Source of the DNA: a phage
Sequence record: PX393110.1
DNA: 64,000 bases
Reading direction: 5' to 3' (one strand)
Shown: positions 1-8,776 of the stretch, piece after piece
How the letters are laid out: each line of letters begins with the position of its first letter
Numbering within the stretch: position 1 is the first letter of the stretch
Notes under the pieces: model-generated
Told to the model about the DNA's origin: nothing
The model's input: the letters and a program-made list of their open reading frames with translations, nothing else
Databases searched by the model: none
Program-made: the position numbers and the translations under genes

Positions 1-81
1 ATTATCTGTACGGCATTCATAACCACCATTCTCTACAGCGGTATGCAGGATCTTGGTTCTGTCCATTAATTTAAAAGCCAT
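1..81 (-). CDS. hypothetical protein, 3' end beyond window edge
   Basis: Hand-translated. ATG at 81 (alternative ATG at 66) gives MAFKLMDRTKILHTAVENGGYECRTDN..., open to position 1. Co-oriented with neighbours. Confidence 0.3.
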   Translation of the reverse strand, partial: MAFKLMDRTKILHTAVENGGYECRTDN

Positions 82-232
82 CAGTGAACCTATAGATTCC
101 GATTTCAGATTTATCCTGGTCAGATAAGTGACCCTGACGGTACATAACCAATCCATCACGAGTCCGGATTATGTCATCTGGGCAGATAGGCTTTAGCCTA
201 CTCATGACCATCAATGCTCTTACCCATTCCAT
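71..232 (-). CDS. small hypothetical protein (53 aa)
   Basis: Below the ORF-track cutoff, hand-translated as MEWVRALMVMSRLKPICPDD...YRFTDGF. Its ATG overlaps the upstream stop as TAATG. Confidence 0.35.
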   Translation of the reverse strand: MEWVRALMVMSRLKPICPDDIIRTRDGLVMYRQGHLSDQDKSEIGIYRFTDGF

Positions 233-438
233 TAGCGGACCTTAGTTAAGTTGCCTCCGCTCACGTAAGGATGTTGCGAGCGGTAGACTGTTGAACTGAA
301 TTCCTGGGTAATAGACTTACACCCACTTCTATACCCAGGATCGTCAGGACTGCGAGGAGTATTCATGGCGGAGCCTTCCCGAATCATCTTCAGGAAGCGC
401 TCCTCCTGCTCCTTAGTTTCAAAGAGCTTATATCCCAT
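232..438 (-). CDS. hypothetical protein
   Basis: ORF track 232..504. The internal ATG at 438 (MGYKLFETKEQ...) has a GAGG RBS and follows the upstream stop at 446. Confidence 0.45.
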   Translation of the reverse strand: MGYKLFETKEQEERFLKMIREGSAMNTPRSPDDPGYRSGCKSITQEFSSTVYRSQHPYVSGGNLTKVR

Positions 439-445
439 AATTACC

Positions 446-742
446 TCAGAAGGAAATATGGACGTCGACAGGATGCTTCGTAGCAGGAGTAGACTGCTCC
501 ACATCTGACAGTTTAGAGAACAGATCCTGGAGAGGGATGATCTCGCCTTCGACGAAGAGGTTATCCACGCTCTTGATTACTTTCGCCTTATCTTTATCCA
601 GCACGATAAACGTCGTGGAGATAAAGTAGTCATGGTAGCGAGTATTCGGATGGAGATCGATATTAGTGATCTCCGTCAGATTCTTGGACTGAGCCGCACG
701 CAGCAGGGCTCGGTGCTTAGACTTAATGATTACGGAAGGCAT
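446..742 (-). CDS. hypothetical protein
   Basis: ORF track 446..754. The ATG at 742 is preceded by GGAG. Confidence 0.5.
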   Translation of the reverse strand: MPSVIIKSKHRALLRAAQSKNLTEITNIDLHPNTRYHDYFISTTFIVLDKDKAKVIKSVDNLFVEGEIIPLQDLFSKLSDVEQSTPATKHPVDVHISF

Positions 743-744
743 GG

Positions 745-1125
745 TTAGCTCCACATTAGATTTGTTGTTATCAGTGTATAGGTATGACTGATTGCAGCTA
801 AGGCAGTAAGCATCTTCGATAATTTGACCAGGAACTTAATTTGATCCACAGTCATATTCTCATGTTGCTCATCAAGAAGAGCTGAGGTCCTTAAGGACAG
901 ACCCAGCAGATCTATAGGTTGAGCAACTCGCTCCGCTAAGCTTCCGCATAGACCATCTTCGGTTTCCACCTGAATTAATTGGTCTACAATAGTGTTGTAG
1001 TGAATCGGGAGGAGGTCATCCTTGTTAATAGTGTCCCGTAACCCAACAAGACTCGTCGTTACGATCTTGACGTTATCTTCATCGACTACGTGACCACCAA
1101 CTACGGCTCTGAAGTATACAGACAT
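745..1125 (-). CDS. hypothetical protein
   Basis: ORF track. AAGGTG RBS. Tightly packed with neighbours. Confidence 0.55.
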   Translation of the reverse strand: MSVYFRAVVGGHVVDEDNVKIVTTSLVGLRDTINKDDLLPIHYNTIVDQLIQVETEDGLCGSLAERVAQPIDLLGLSLRTSALLDEQHENMTVDQIKFLVKLSKMLTALAAISHTYTLITTNLMWS

Positions 1126-1134
1126 AGCGGCACC

Positions 1135-1446
1135 TTACTTATTCAGGTCGAGGAAGAAACGAGCACGATGGCTCAGAGAGTATAAATTGCACGGACGACC
1201 ACCCTCTTCCGAGGCAGTGGTCGTTTTGATCAACCAGCCATCCTTCTCCAACTTATTACATACATAATAGATGGACGTACGAGGGATTTGACCCAGTGAT
1301 GCTTTGCTATCAGCAAAGACAGTTAACTCGTTGATCGTGGCTCCCGAAGCGGTTCCGGAGATATACCACAGAATCATCGAGGAAGAATTAGACAGACGAT
1401 ACAGACGAGATATAAGGAACAGTTTAGCGATATCGATGTTTTTCAT
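1135..1446 (-). CDS. winged-helix DNA-binding protein (MarR/ArsR-like)
   Basis: AGGAG RBS. Helix-turn-helix plus wing pattern SLGQIPRTSIYYVCNKLEKDGWLIK...GGRPCNLYSLS. Confidence 0.5.
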   Translation of the reverse strand: MKNIDIAKLFLISRLYRLSNSSSMILWYISGTASGATINELTVFADSKASLGQIPRTSIYYVCNKLEKDGWLIKTTTASEEGGRPCNLYSLSHRARFFLDLNK

Positions 1447-1477
1447 AATAACTCCTAACAGATTAGATTATACTATA

Positions 1478-1891
1478 TTAACGGAAAGATTCGTTCGCAG
1501 CTACGGTGCATAGGGATGGAAGGATCAGATCATTAGCGTCACTGAGATCTTCCTTAGTCGCACCAGTTTTCTCTACGGATAAAGTTGTAACTACTTCTAC
1601 CGGATCCAGATGAATCAGGGAGCGGATCACTGCTGGCTTACCATCAGACCCTATGCCATTAAACTGGACGATTGCTGACTTATGCCCATGATCCATAACA
1701 GGCAGGACCATCGCTTCTTTAGCAGAGTACAACACTTCAGCAAGACTGTACTCTGGGCACTCTTCAACATACGACTTAGCCAACAGTGCAGTAATGACAT
1801 CAGCTTCCATAGCAGAAGCTACACGAGGATCTTTACCAGCATGGGCTGTGACTGATGCCAGAATCAAAGAAGCAGCAATTAATTTCTTCAT
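1478..1891 (-). CDS. secreted/periplasmic hypothetical protein
   Basis: N-terminal signal peptide MKKLIAASLILASVTAHAG. Confidence 0.55.
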   Translation of the reverse strand: MKKLIAASLILASVTAHAGKDPRVASAMEADVITALLAKSYVEECPEYSLAEVLYSAKEAMVLPVMDHGHKSAIVQFNGIGSDGKPAVIRSLIHLDPVEVVTTLSVEKTGATKEDLSDANDLILPSLCTVAANESFR

Positions 1892-1903
1892 TTTATCACC
1901 AAG

Positions 1904-2122
1904 TTATGCAATACGAGTTACGGAAAGTTCGGTTTTAACGTCGCGTGTGTCAGCACGCATCGGTAGATACTCTATCTCCTGATAAGCAAGCTCCGGCTCC
2001 ATAAATTTGTACCACGTCTGGAATTGCTCTATCAGCTTACGAGCACTCGGAGCATTACCCTGGATGGTGAAGGAGTGGACACCATTGACCTGGACAGCAA
2101 GACGGTAGCGGAGCTTGTTCAT
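1904..2122 (-). CDS. hypothetical protein
   Basis: ORF track 1904..2182. The ATG at 2122 (MNKLRYRL...) has an AAGGGG RBS and follows the upstream stop at 2133. Confidence 0.45.
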   Translation of the reverse strand: MNKLRYRLAVQVNGVHSFTIQGNAPSARKLIEQFQTWYKFMEPELAYQEIEYLPMRADTRDVKTELSVTRIA

Positions 2123-2132
2123 GAGGATCCCC

Positions 2133-2507
2133 TTATTTTGCTTCTTTAGTGAAAGTCGGACGACGAACCGTGATTTCGCCACTCATATCAACCACGAACT
2201 GGGCAATACGGTGGCCATTCGAACCACCATCGTGGTGCTCGTAGCGGTAACCAACTTCGAACCATGCACCAGTCTTGTCATCCAGAGGGCCTCCGGAGAT
2301 ATGGATCCACATGGATTTGAACATCGGGATGTTCATCTGGCACATAACGTCCTCGGTAGAACCACTCACGTAAACCTGACCACGTACTTCGCGGACTTCT
2401 GGAGTAGCCACCAAATCGGACATATTGATCATTGATTCTACTTCTGCCAGCATGTTCTCGAAAGCAGTTTTAGCGTCGAACTTTTGAATGAATTCTTGGT
2501 TAGTCAT
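2133..2507 (-). CDS. hypothetical protein
   Basis: ORF track. The ATG at 2507 is preceded by the recurrent TAATTTGGAGCTAATT leader, just downstream of a terminator hairpin. Confidence 0.55.
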   Translation of the reverse strand: MTNQEFIQKFDAKTAFENMLAEVESMINMSDLVATPEVREVRGQVYVSGSTEDVMCQMNIPMFKSMWIHISGGPLDDKTGAWFEVGYRYEHHDGGSNGHRIAQFVVDMSGEITVRRPTFTKEAK

Positions 2508-2532
2508 AATTAGCTCCAAATTATAAAGGGGA

Positions 2533-2557
2533 AGAATTAGGAGGACCGAAGTCCTCC
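2533..2557 (-). terminator. intrinsic terminator (UUCG tetraloop)
   Basis: Minus strand GGAGGAC-UUCG-GUCCUCC followed by UAAUUCUUC, after the stop at 2567. Confidence 0.6.
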
Positions 2558-2566
2558 AGATTGGAA

Positions 2567-2851
2567 TCAGAACTGGACGTCTACTTCTTCGAAGATCGCT
2601 TCGAACAGACCATCCTCACACTTAGCCACCACTGCACCGGTACCTGGGTCCAGCATCTCGACTGTATCAGAACCATCGGAAGCGAAGTGACTTTCTTCAG
2701 GAAACACTTCTGGACCAGTGTAAGCTTTGAAACCGATGATCTTTTCACCAACCGCACTTACCCAGTTGGAATTGTAGTTTACTGAAACACCCATGTAGTC
2801 AGTTACCAGAGTGTCATTTGCCAGAGCAGCGAGCAGTTGAGCGATTTTCAT
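2567..2851 (-). CDS. small acidic hypothetical protein (class-2 cassette gene)
   Basis: ATG at 2851 (MKIAQLLAAL...), directly behind the conserved class-2 leader TAATTTGGGATAAAACT. Confidence 0.55.
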   Translation of the reverse strand: MKIAQLLAALANDTLVTDYMGVSVNYNSNWVSAVGEKIIGFKAYTGPEVFPEESHFASDGSDTVEMLDPGTGAVVAKCEDGLFEAIFEEVDVQF

Positions 2852-2975
2852 AGTTTTATCCCAAATTAGACGATTTGATGAACCGGGAAGCGCCTTGACG
2901 CCCCCGCCCACAAGAACGGGCTTTAGGACGGTTCAAAAATCGTTTATTTGAAAAATAAAACGTTTTATTTTTCGT
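2852..2975 (-). promoter_or_regulatory. class-2 conserved leader/promoter cassette a
   Basis: Minus strand: AT-rich palindrome GAAAAATAAAACGTTTTATTTTTC, then CGATTTTTG, then TAAAGCCCGTTCTTGTGGGCGGGGGCG (core 2899..2929), a small GC hairpin, TAATTTGGGATAAAACT and the ATG. Confidence 0.55.
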
Positions 2976-3315
2976 GTCGAACGATGGTATCAATACAGTC
3001 CATATCCATGATAACGAAGATTACAGACTCCCCATTATCTTCCACTACCTTAAGCACCTGCCATCCTTGCTCCATAAAGACTTCTCTCATAGCGGCAAGA
3101 TCTCGCACATGCTTAAGCTCGGTAACTGTAATCACTCTGGGACGAATGAACTTCTTCAGAGTTATCTCGTAAAGATAGGTCCCATGGCTATTGTAGAGAT
3201 TATCTACATTACAGGTATATAGGCCTAACTCCGGACCCCATCCCTGCGATAAGGTCTGGATGAGCTCATAACTAGGCCAATCCCATTTATGCTTACTACG
3301 ATGATACAGAATCAT
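2965..3315 (-). CDS. hypothetical protein
   Basis: ORF track. GGTGG RBS. Overlaps the upstream ORF end by 20 nt. Confidence 0.5.
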   Translation of the reverse strand: MILYHRSKHKWDWPSYELIQTLSQGWGPELGLYTCNVDNLYNSHGTYLYEITLKKFIRPRVITVTELKHVRDLAAMREVFMEQGWQVLKVVEDNGESVIFVIMDMDCIDTIVRHEK

Positions 3316-3601
3316 TAGCTACCACCTTATGATAAAATCTTCCGGTAGTGTGGATTACAGTAGCTATGTACTTAGCGTCCACTTCAGTGCCTAGCAGATT
3401 AGATACCGCCTTAATTACAGTTGCTGCTGGGTGTTTATGGTTAATTACCACATCCAGCATCTTACGATCAGCAGATGGGAAGAACTTCTTATTCCGACGA
3501 GCAATATTCTTAACCACCATGTTGGGATCATCGGATGTATAACCAGCTATTGCCATGGTGGTCAATAAGTCGAAGAATTCGATGGGCTTAGTAGACTTCA
3601 T
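3296..3601 (-). CDS. hypothetical protein
   Basis: ORF track. AAGGT RBS. About 55 nt downstream of a class-1 motif. Confidence 0.55.
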   Translation of the reverse strand: MKSTKPIEFFDLLTTMAIAGYTSDDPNMVVKNIARRNKKFFPSADRKMLDVVINHKHPAATVIKAVSNLLGTEVDAKYIATVIHTTGRFYHKVVANDSVSS

Positions 3602-3622
3602 ATCGTACCTTAACGAGTAAAT

Positions 3623-3666
3623 AAAAATAGGCTGTTAACCGAGGGCGTTCCCCAAGTTAACAGCCT
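3623..3666 (-). terminator. hairpin + U-run using the class-1 motif 3' block as its 5' arm
   Basis: AGGCTGTTAAC-N16-GTTAACAGCCT (11 bp) followed by ATTTTTATTT. Confidence 0.4.
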
Positions 3667-3687
3667 TTGGACCGTATTAAACGGCGG
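3657..3687 (-). promoter_or_regulatory. class-1 motif copy 0 (variant)
   Basis: Minus strand CCGCCGTTTAATACGGTCCAAAGGCTGTTAA, about 55 nt before ATG 3601. The upstream stop (3677) lies inside the motif. Confidence 0.5.
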
Positions 3688-4021
3688 CAGTCAGAAAGTT
3701 ACTGGAGATCAGGAAATCATCCAGAGCTACTTCTGTATTCTTAGGAGTATTGTCTAACTCCCACTCACCCACTCCCAGACGGATCTTAGCCACACCAGGA
3801 GCTATCTCTTCAATAGACAGCTTAGAGCCACCGATGATCTGGAGGCGAAGAGCATTTACAGCTACTGCATACCCAGAGAACGCAGTCTCTACCTGGTGAC
3901 GGAACTCCTGGTCTGAATTAACCTTAGCAGCGTAAGCAGCAGGTTCCATACCCAGTTGCTTAGCATACATCAGATGAAACATGTCCAGGTTAATCTTGTT
4001 ACCAGTAGTCTTCTTAGTCAT
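3677..4021 (-). CDS. hypothetical protein
   Basis: ORF track. GAGGAA RBS. Confidence 0.55.
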   Translation of the reverse strand: MTKKTTGNKINLDMFHLMYAKQLGMEPAAYAAKVNSDQEFRHQVETAFSGYAVAVNALRLQIIGGSKLSIEEIAPGVAKIRLGVGEWELDNTPKNTEVALDDFLISSNFLTAAV

Positions 4022-4520
4022 TTTCGATTTCCTCGGCAGTTACGCCAGTGATGTTTAAATACAGATCGGTCGGTAATTCTGGCAGGGTAGAGACATCCAG
4101 ATTCTCTACGTCCTTGGCCAGAGTTATGTGAGGAGAGTATTCCGCACTGATCTCAGACGGTACCTCCCCAGATGCACGGAGTCGATAGTTAAACGATTGT
4201 AGCAGATCGCTATCGAACGCCAGCACCAGGTAGTTAGCATTCTCACCGAAGATCTCATAGCGAGGATTCTTCAGATGAAGTTTGCTACCTACCAGATCAG
4301 CAATAGTTCCCTCATCCGGAGCACCAGTCCCCGGAGCATACATAAGGGTGCAGTGGTTATCGTGACCGGTATCGAAGTTAAGCTTATCATAATCAGCTAC
4401 TTCAGAGATAACCTGCTTAAGATTATCTATCCAGGCATCAGAGTCTGGACAGAATTTTACCGAGGAGTAACCCTCGTCCACGGACTGTACAAGTCCTAAC
4501 ACTACTTCAGCTTTATTCAT
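4014..4520 (-). CDS. 2H-phosphoesterase superfamily protein (LigT / cyclic-nucleotide phosphodiesterase-like)
   Basis: Two H-x-T/S-x motifs about 75 aa apart (NHCTLMY and PHITLAK), about 168 aa long. The ATG at 4520 lies 3 nt after the upstream stop. Confidence 0.55.
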   Translation of the reverse strand: MNKAEVVLGLVQSVDEGYSSVKFCPDSDAWIDNLKQVISEVADYDKLNFDTGHDNHCTLMYAPGTGAPDEGTIADLVGSKLHLKNPRYEIFGENANYLVLAFDSDLLQSFNYRLRASGEVPSEISAEYSPHITLAKDVENLDVSTLPELPTDLYLNITGVTAEEIEND

Positions 4521-4525
4521 TTTTA

Positions 4526-4825
4526 TCACCATGGCCATGGTAGTTTATTTTCGGGCTCCTGCCTATAGTAGGAGCATTTGATACCCAACGATTCCACAAT
4601 ACTTACAGGAATCTTATCAGTTACTTCAGAGTCTTGATAGATTGGTCCGAATACTGATACGTTTGGATCTTGCAACAGTTCAGATATTAATCCAGCCTCT
4701 TCATAAGTCTCGAAGAATGCTGCGGTGGTATCTGGATTACAGCCGAGACCGGTCCATGAGGTGTAAAACTCGTTTACTCCACAGAGAGCACCGTGCTCCT
4801 TATGCACCACTAAAAATCCCAGCAT
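4526..4825 (-). CDS. hypothetical protein
   Basis: ORF track. The start overlaps the RNase H gene end, so the exact start is uncertain. Confidence 0.45.
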   Translation of the reverse strand: MLGFLVVHKEHGALCGVNEFYTSWTGLGCNPDTTAAFFETYEEAGLISELLQDPNVSVFGPIYQDSEVTDKIPVSIVESLGIKCSYYRQEPENKLPWPW

Positions 4826-5330
4826 CTGTGTATCCTTTAAGTTTATTTCTATACTTAACCATTTCCTGCTTAGCTATCTCATCACAGAGATTATTTACTT
4901 TGTAGCGAGGATTATTGAACTTCTGATGACCTTTGACATGCTTAACCTTAATGGACTTAGGGTTAAGATCGCGAAGCATTTCCATATGCTTATCTATGAA
5001 TTCCTTTAATGCCCATTCGCAATCGCATTGGACGACTACCCTAACACCATCGAATGCTGTCTTAGTCATGGCAAACCATAGGGTCTTCATGATCCCTTCT
5101 AGCTCTGCCCAGTTATTATCTACAGCAGTAAATCCTCCGCGAGTTATATGAGCTCGCTGCTCACCAGGAAGACGAATCCATCCTCCGAAACCAGCAGCCT
5201 TACTCTTATGACAGTACGATGCATCTGAGAAGATTGTTATATAGCCCGCAGGGTCCAGACCGCGTTCGGGAGTACCCTCGAAGTGGATAACTCTACCAAC
5301 ATCTTTCTCACCGATAGCATGTTTCTTCAT
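4800..5330 (-). CDS. RNase H (type 1)
   Basis: The DEDD pattern aligns with E. coli RNase HI: FSDAS (FTDGS), AELEGI (MELMAA), QCDCEW (STDSQY), VKGH...NNLCDEIAK (VKGH..NERCDELAR). Confidence 0.75.
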   Translation of the reverse strand: MKKHAIGEKDVGRVIHFEGTPERGLDPAGYITIFSDASYCHKSKAAGFGGWIRLPGEQRAHITRGGFTAVDNNWAELEGIMKTLWFAMTKTAFDGVRVVVQCDCEWALKEFIDKHMEMLRDLNPKSIKVKHVKGHQKFNNPRYKVNNLCDEIAKQEMVKYRNKLKGYTDAGIFSGA

Positions 5331-6898
5331 TACATATCCACCGTAGTTGCCTGGAACAGACCTACCACCATTTCGTGGGACGGCTTCACGACCGGACTAT
5401 CGAAGTCAATAGAGCTGTTGATGTTCTGGTTAACCATCATCAGGCTACGTACTTCCCAGCAAGCACGATCAGTCAGTACACGGTGAATTGCTGCGGTATC
5501 ACCATCCACGTCCATGTTCTGACCACCCATCGCCATCGGAGGAACCTGAATCTCCTTACCCATGTGAGGTCTGACCTTAAATCCCCATACTGAGTAACGG
5601 TGTAGGGATGGCGCACGGTTCATGAATACCGTAGCATTTTCACACAGTCTCCAGCATACTTCCAGAGCTACTCTGGACTTATTCTTGTACATACGCTGTA
5701 CTTTATTGCTGATGTCGTACATGTTGTACCCTTCGTTAGTCGGGCCACCATATAAGTTCTCCAGCTCACCCAGGATGTCTGGCTGAAGTAATTCGTACAT
5801 CATCTTGAACGGTACACCAAGAGTATCCAGAGGAAGATGCGGAGCCGAAGTAACTACAGAACGACCAGAGTAATCAACACGCTTACCTAACAGGTTACCA
5901 CGAATGCGACCACCCTTGCCTTTAAGGTTATTGATCATCGGCTTAATCAAATTACCGCGATAGTCCTTAGTACCTTCCAGGATTAGTCCGTTAACCATCT
6001 TCTGCATTACAATAGATTCACGAGGAATCAGAGATAACAATGCTTCGCTGGCTTCAGCAGTATCACGAATACTTCTGATACGGATTGCATGGCGCAGGAT
6101 TCGCAGGTAGAGTAAGTTAGTCGGATGATACGACATTACCCCATTACTGATACCGACATCACGGTAGCTCGGAGGATTCACCAGTACTGTAGTGTTATAG
6201 AAGTCGCTGAACTCCGTATAACCACTATTGACTACTGTAGGATCTTCACACTCTTCGATATAGGCTTTCATATCGGCGTGGTTAGCTACCAATGCCTGGA
6301 TAAGACTCAGGAGACCTAATTCCGATGACTCATGCTCGGACATACGACGGATCTTAATCATTACTACTGCGAGGCGCTTCGTGCTATCCTGAACTGGGAT
6401 AGTATTAGAGTAGAACATCGCATACTTCTCACGATCTTCATATTCCGGAAGAGCTGCATTAGACTCACGAACCCGCTCCCGATCATCACCAACCATCTTA
6501 GCTGCCAAACCAGCTTCCTGAACTACGAAGCGGTATCTACCGATAAGGAACTGACCGAACTCTCTCTCTGGAAACCCGAATAACGCAGCCATACGTTTGA
6601 TAGCTAATGGATTCACATAAGGAACGATCGTCTCGATGTGACCCATACGGCGGCGACGGGATTCACGATGCATCGCTACCATACCGCATACATTACACGG
6701 AGGAGCTCCCATAACCAGCTGGTTACCACACTCACACTTACCAGTTACCAGAGGTCCGAATATTCGCTGGCAGAATAGCCCACCAGTGAATGGCTTAGGA
6801 TCATGGAACTTAAGATTATACATGCCCATGTTGGTTACTTCACCACTGGACTCGGCACGGATTACAGCATCAGTTGCAATAGATAACTTTAATTTCAT
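5330..6898 (-). CDS. multisubunit RNA polymerase beta-prime, N-terminal half
   Basis: GLFCQRIFGPLVTGKCECGN (Zn ribbon), RRRRMGHIE, NRAPSLHRYSVWGF, and the catalytic loop NMDVDGD (NADFDGD with all three Asp kept). All are collinear with the N-terminal half of bacterial RpoC. Confidence 0.85.
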   Translation of the reverse strand: MKLKLSIATDAVIRAESSGEVTNMGMYNLKFHDPKPFTGGLFCQRIFGPLVTGKCECGNQLVMGAPPCNVCGMVAMHRESRRRRMGHIETIVPYVNPLAIKRMAALFGFPEREFGQFLIGRYRFVVQEAGLAAKMVGDDRERVRESNAALPEYEDREKYAMFYSNTIPVQDSTKRLAVVMIKIRRMSEHESSELGLLSLIQALVANHADMKAYIEECEDPTVVNSGYTEFSDFYNTTVLVNPPSYRDVGISNGVMSYHPTNLLYLRILRHAIRIRSIRDTAEASEALLSLIPRESIVMQKMVNGLILEGTKDYRGNLIKPMINNLKGKGGRIRGNLLGKRVDYSGRSVVTSAPHLPLDTLGVPFKMMYELLQPDILGELENLYGGPTNEGYNMYDISNKVQRMYKNKSRVALEVCWRLCENATVFMNRAPSLHRYSVWGFKVRPHMGKEIQVPPMAMGGQNMDVDGDTAAIHRVLTDRACWEVRSLMMVNQNINSSIDFDSPVVKPSHEMVVGLFQATTVDM

Positions 6899-6913
6899 TT
6901 TAATTTCTCCTAA

Positions 6914-7633
6914 TCAAGGCTTAGCGACGACAGTATAGGCTTCACGAACGATTTCACGAGCTACTTTAGCCGCATGCTGAGTACCACAATACTGATGCAT
7001 GTATTTGAACTGCACAGGTTGCTGCTGGCGAAGATGATTGATATAGCGACGAAGAGTAGGATGGGTGACACTCTGGTCAGCACCACTCACTACCATCATA
7101 AACGCAAACATCTTCAAACTAGCTTCGCGTTTAGCAGGATATTTCTGCATGATGTAATCGATTACACCGTTCACCAGGAGCTTCAGATCACGAGAACGCG
7201 CTATGGGTGATTTCTGGTCTGGGCTAATGGAAGCAGGATCGATTAATTCCACACGACTTTCGCCATCATCGTCCGTTACGAGAGTAGACTCGTTAAAGGA
7301 CATTATGTGACGACGATCCATCGTTTCTTTATCTTCGTGACGAGTATCACCAGTTTTAGCCATATAACCAGTTGGGTTAACTACCCGAAGATACTCATGC
7401 GACACGATAGAGTCGGCAACGTATGGATTATTATTAACACGAGCAATGTTACGGTCTAGCGAACGTAAATCTCCTGAATCTAATGCGCTATCATAGAAGG
7501 ATAAGTCGATGTACTCGTCCCCAGTGTTAGCAATGTTGAATGTTTCATGGAACTTATAGTTAGCGGTCATTGGTCTATCCCAATTAGAGAATTCAAAGAG
7601 CGACCGCGAGGCCGCTCGGTTACCTGCTATCAA
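6914..7633 (-). CDS. hypothetical protein between the two beta-prime halves
   Basis: ORF track. A TTG start overlaps the upstream TGA (alternative ATG at 7570). No motif recognised. Confidence 0.45.
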   Translation of the reverse strand: MIAGNRAASRSLFEFSNWDRPMTANYKFHETFNIANTGDEYIDLSFYDSALDSGDLRSLDRNIARVNNNPYVADSIVSHEYLRVVNPTGYMAKTGDTRHEDKETMDRRHIMSFNESTLVTDDDGESRVELIDPASISPDQKSPIARSRDLKLLVNGVIDYIMQKYPAKREASLKMFAFMMVVSGADQSVTHPTLRRYINHLRQQQPVQFKYMHQYCGTQHAAKVAREIVREAYTVVAKP

Positions 7634-7968
7634 AGCGCGAAGTAATACCAGTCACCATAAACGCGAATCAGCACTTCCTGACTTTCTGCATCCACATTAG
7701 TGAAGTAGAAGCTACCAAATCCGAACTCCAGAGACTCACCAGTCTGCATGAGATCTGCCATTTCATCCATGAACTTATCGAAGTCCGGATCACGGTCCTG
7801 AACTACAGCGACTTCCACCTCCTTGGTGTACAATTCAGAACGACCAATATGAGGAGCAACCTGGCGGAACTCCATTACAGCACCACGAGCCAGATTTTCC
7901 TCAGCAGCATCCCGAACAGAGGCAGTATCGATTGTAGCGAAAGACTTAATTGCATTTAAACGTGACAT
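7630..7968 (-). CDS. small acidic hypothetical protein (class-2 cassette gene)
   Basis: ATG directly behind the class-2 leader TAATTTGGAGCTAATACT. Confidence 0.55.
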   Translation of the reverse strand: MSRLNAIKSFATIDTASVRDAAEENLARGAVMEFRQVAPHIGRSELYTKEVEVAVVQDRDPDFDKFMDEMADLMQTGESLEFGFGSFYFTNVDAESQEVLIRVYGDWYYFAL

Positions 7969-8075
7969 AGTATTAGCTCCAAATTAGATTATCCAGTGAA
8001 GCGCTACCGCGCCCCACCCAAAAGAACGGGCTTTATGAGCTCCCAAAAATCGGTTATTTGAAAAATAAATTTCAA
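7969..8075 (-). promoter_or_regulatory. class-2 cassette b
   Basis: Core 8008..8040 TAAAGCCCGTTCTTTTGGGTGGGGCGCG, then hairpin GCGC-GGTA-GCGC, TAATTTGGAGCTAATACT and the ATG. AT-rich inverted repeat upstream. Confidence 0.55.
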
Positions 8076-8768
8076 TTATTTTTGGTTAGGAGGCATCTTG
8101 CGAGAACGACGATAGTTGATCATCGTACATGCACAGTTACGCTTATCCTGAGTCTCATAGATAATTGCGCTGGATAATTCCACATTAGACAATAGCAGAG
8201 TCATTACCCGACCTTGGGAAGACAGATCCTGGATGCGCTGCTTATTGATGCACTCTCTTACGGTTTCCTTAGAGTACAGCTTACGATCTCTACGTCCGCA
8301 AGTAATCACGTCTTCTATGGGGACCACCATATCCCCTAGTTCCTTGATTATGAAACGATCATCTGTTATGATAGTAGGGAACGACTTCAATAGTTCTTCC
8401 ACAATCCGTAGAATACCATTGCCCATTCCGTAATACCGCCGATTACTAATATCGTCAATAAGATTATGTCGATATTTTTCATTAATGTAGGTCTTGTGAG
8501 TAGCCAGCAGATAGTACAGTTGCATACCACCGAACCCTTCACATGCCAGATTTCTCCGGAGTACCGCCTTACTTCCTGCGATAGTGAAGTTTCTGATAGG
8601 ATACCAATCAGTAGTCCAAAAGTCGTCTATGTCGTCTATATGCGACTCTATTCCATTATACCAGACTGGTTGTAGGGCATCTGTACCTATGAATTTACGA
8701 CCCTCGTAGCATATACTGTCCCCTACCGTATGGATCAGCAGGGGATTATAGATCTTGCCCACATCCAT
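8076..8768 (-). CDS. hypothetical protein
   Basis: ORF track. Visibly AT-richer than its neighbours. No catalytic motif recognised. Confidence 0.45.
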   Translation of the reverse strand: MDVGKIYNPLLIHTVGDSICYEGRKFIGTDALQPVWYNGIESHIDDIDDFWTTDWYPIRNFTIAGSKAVLRRNLACEGFGGMQLYYLLATHKTYINEKYRHNLIDDISNRRYYGMGNGILRIVEELLKSFPTIITDDRFIIKELGDMVVPIEDVITCGRRDRKLYSKETVRECINKQRIQDLSSQGRVMTLLLSNVELSSAIIYETQDKRNCACTMINYRRSRKMPPNQK

Positions 8769-8776
8769 CTCCCAAG

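Noticed and set aside
2852-2975. Sigma70 -35/-10 promoter inside the class-2 cassettes
   Set aside because: I tried TTGAAA, TTCAAA and TTGAAC as the -35 with every plausible -10 (TAAAGC, CCTAAA, TTTTGG). Spacing was 5, 19-24 nt or the hexamers were poor, and no arrangement was conserved across the five copies.
8076-8768. Homing endonuclease between the beta-prime halves
   Set aside because: The position is tempting and the gene is AT-rich, but I found no LAGLIDADG, HNH, GIY-YIG or VSR motif. KIY-N13-YEG does not fit GIY-YIG spacing.
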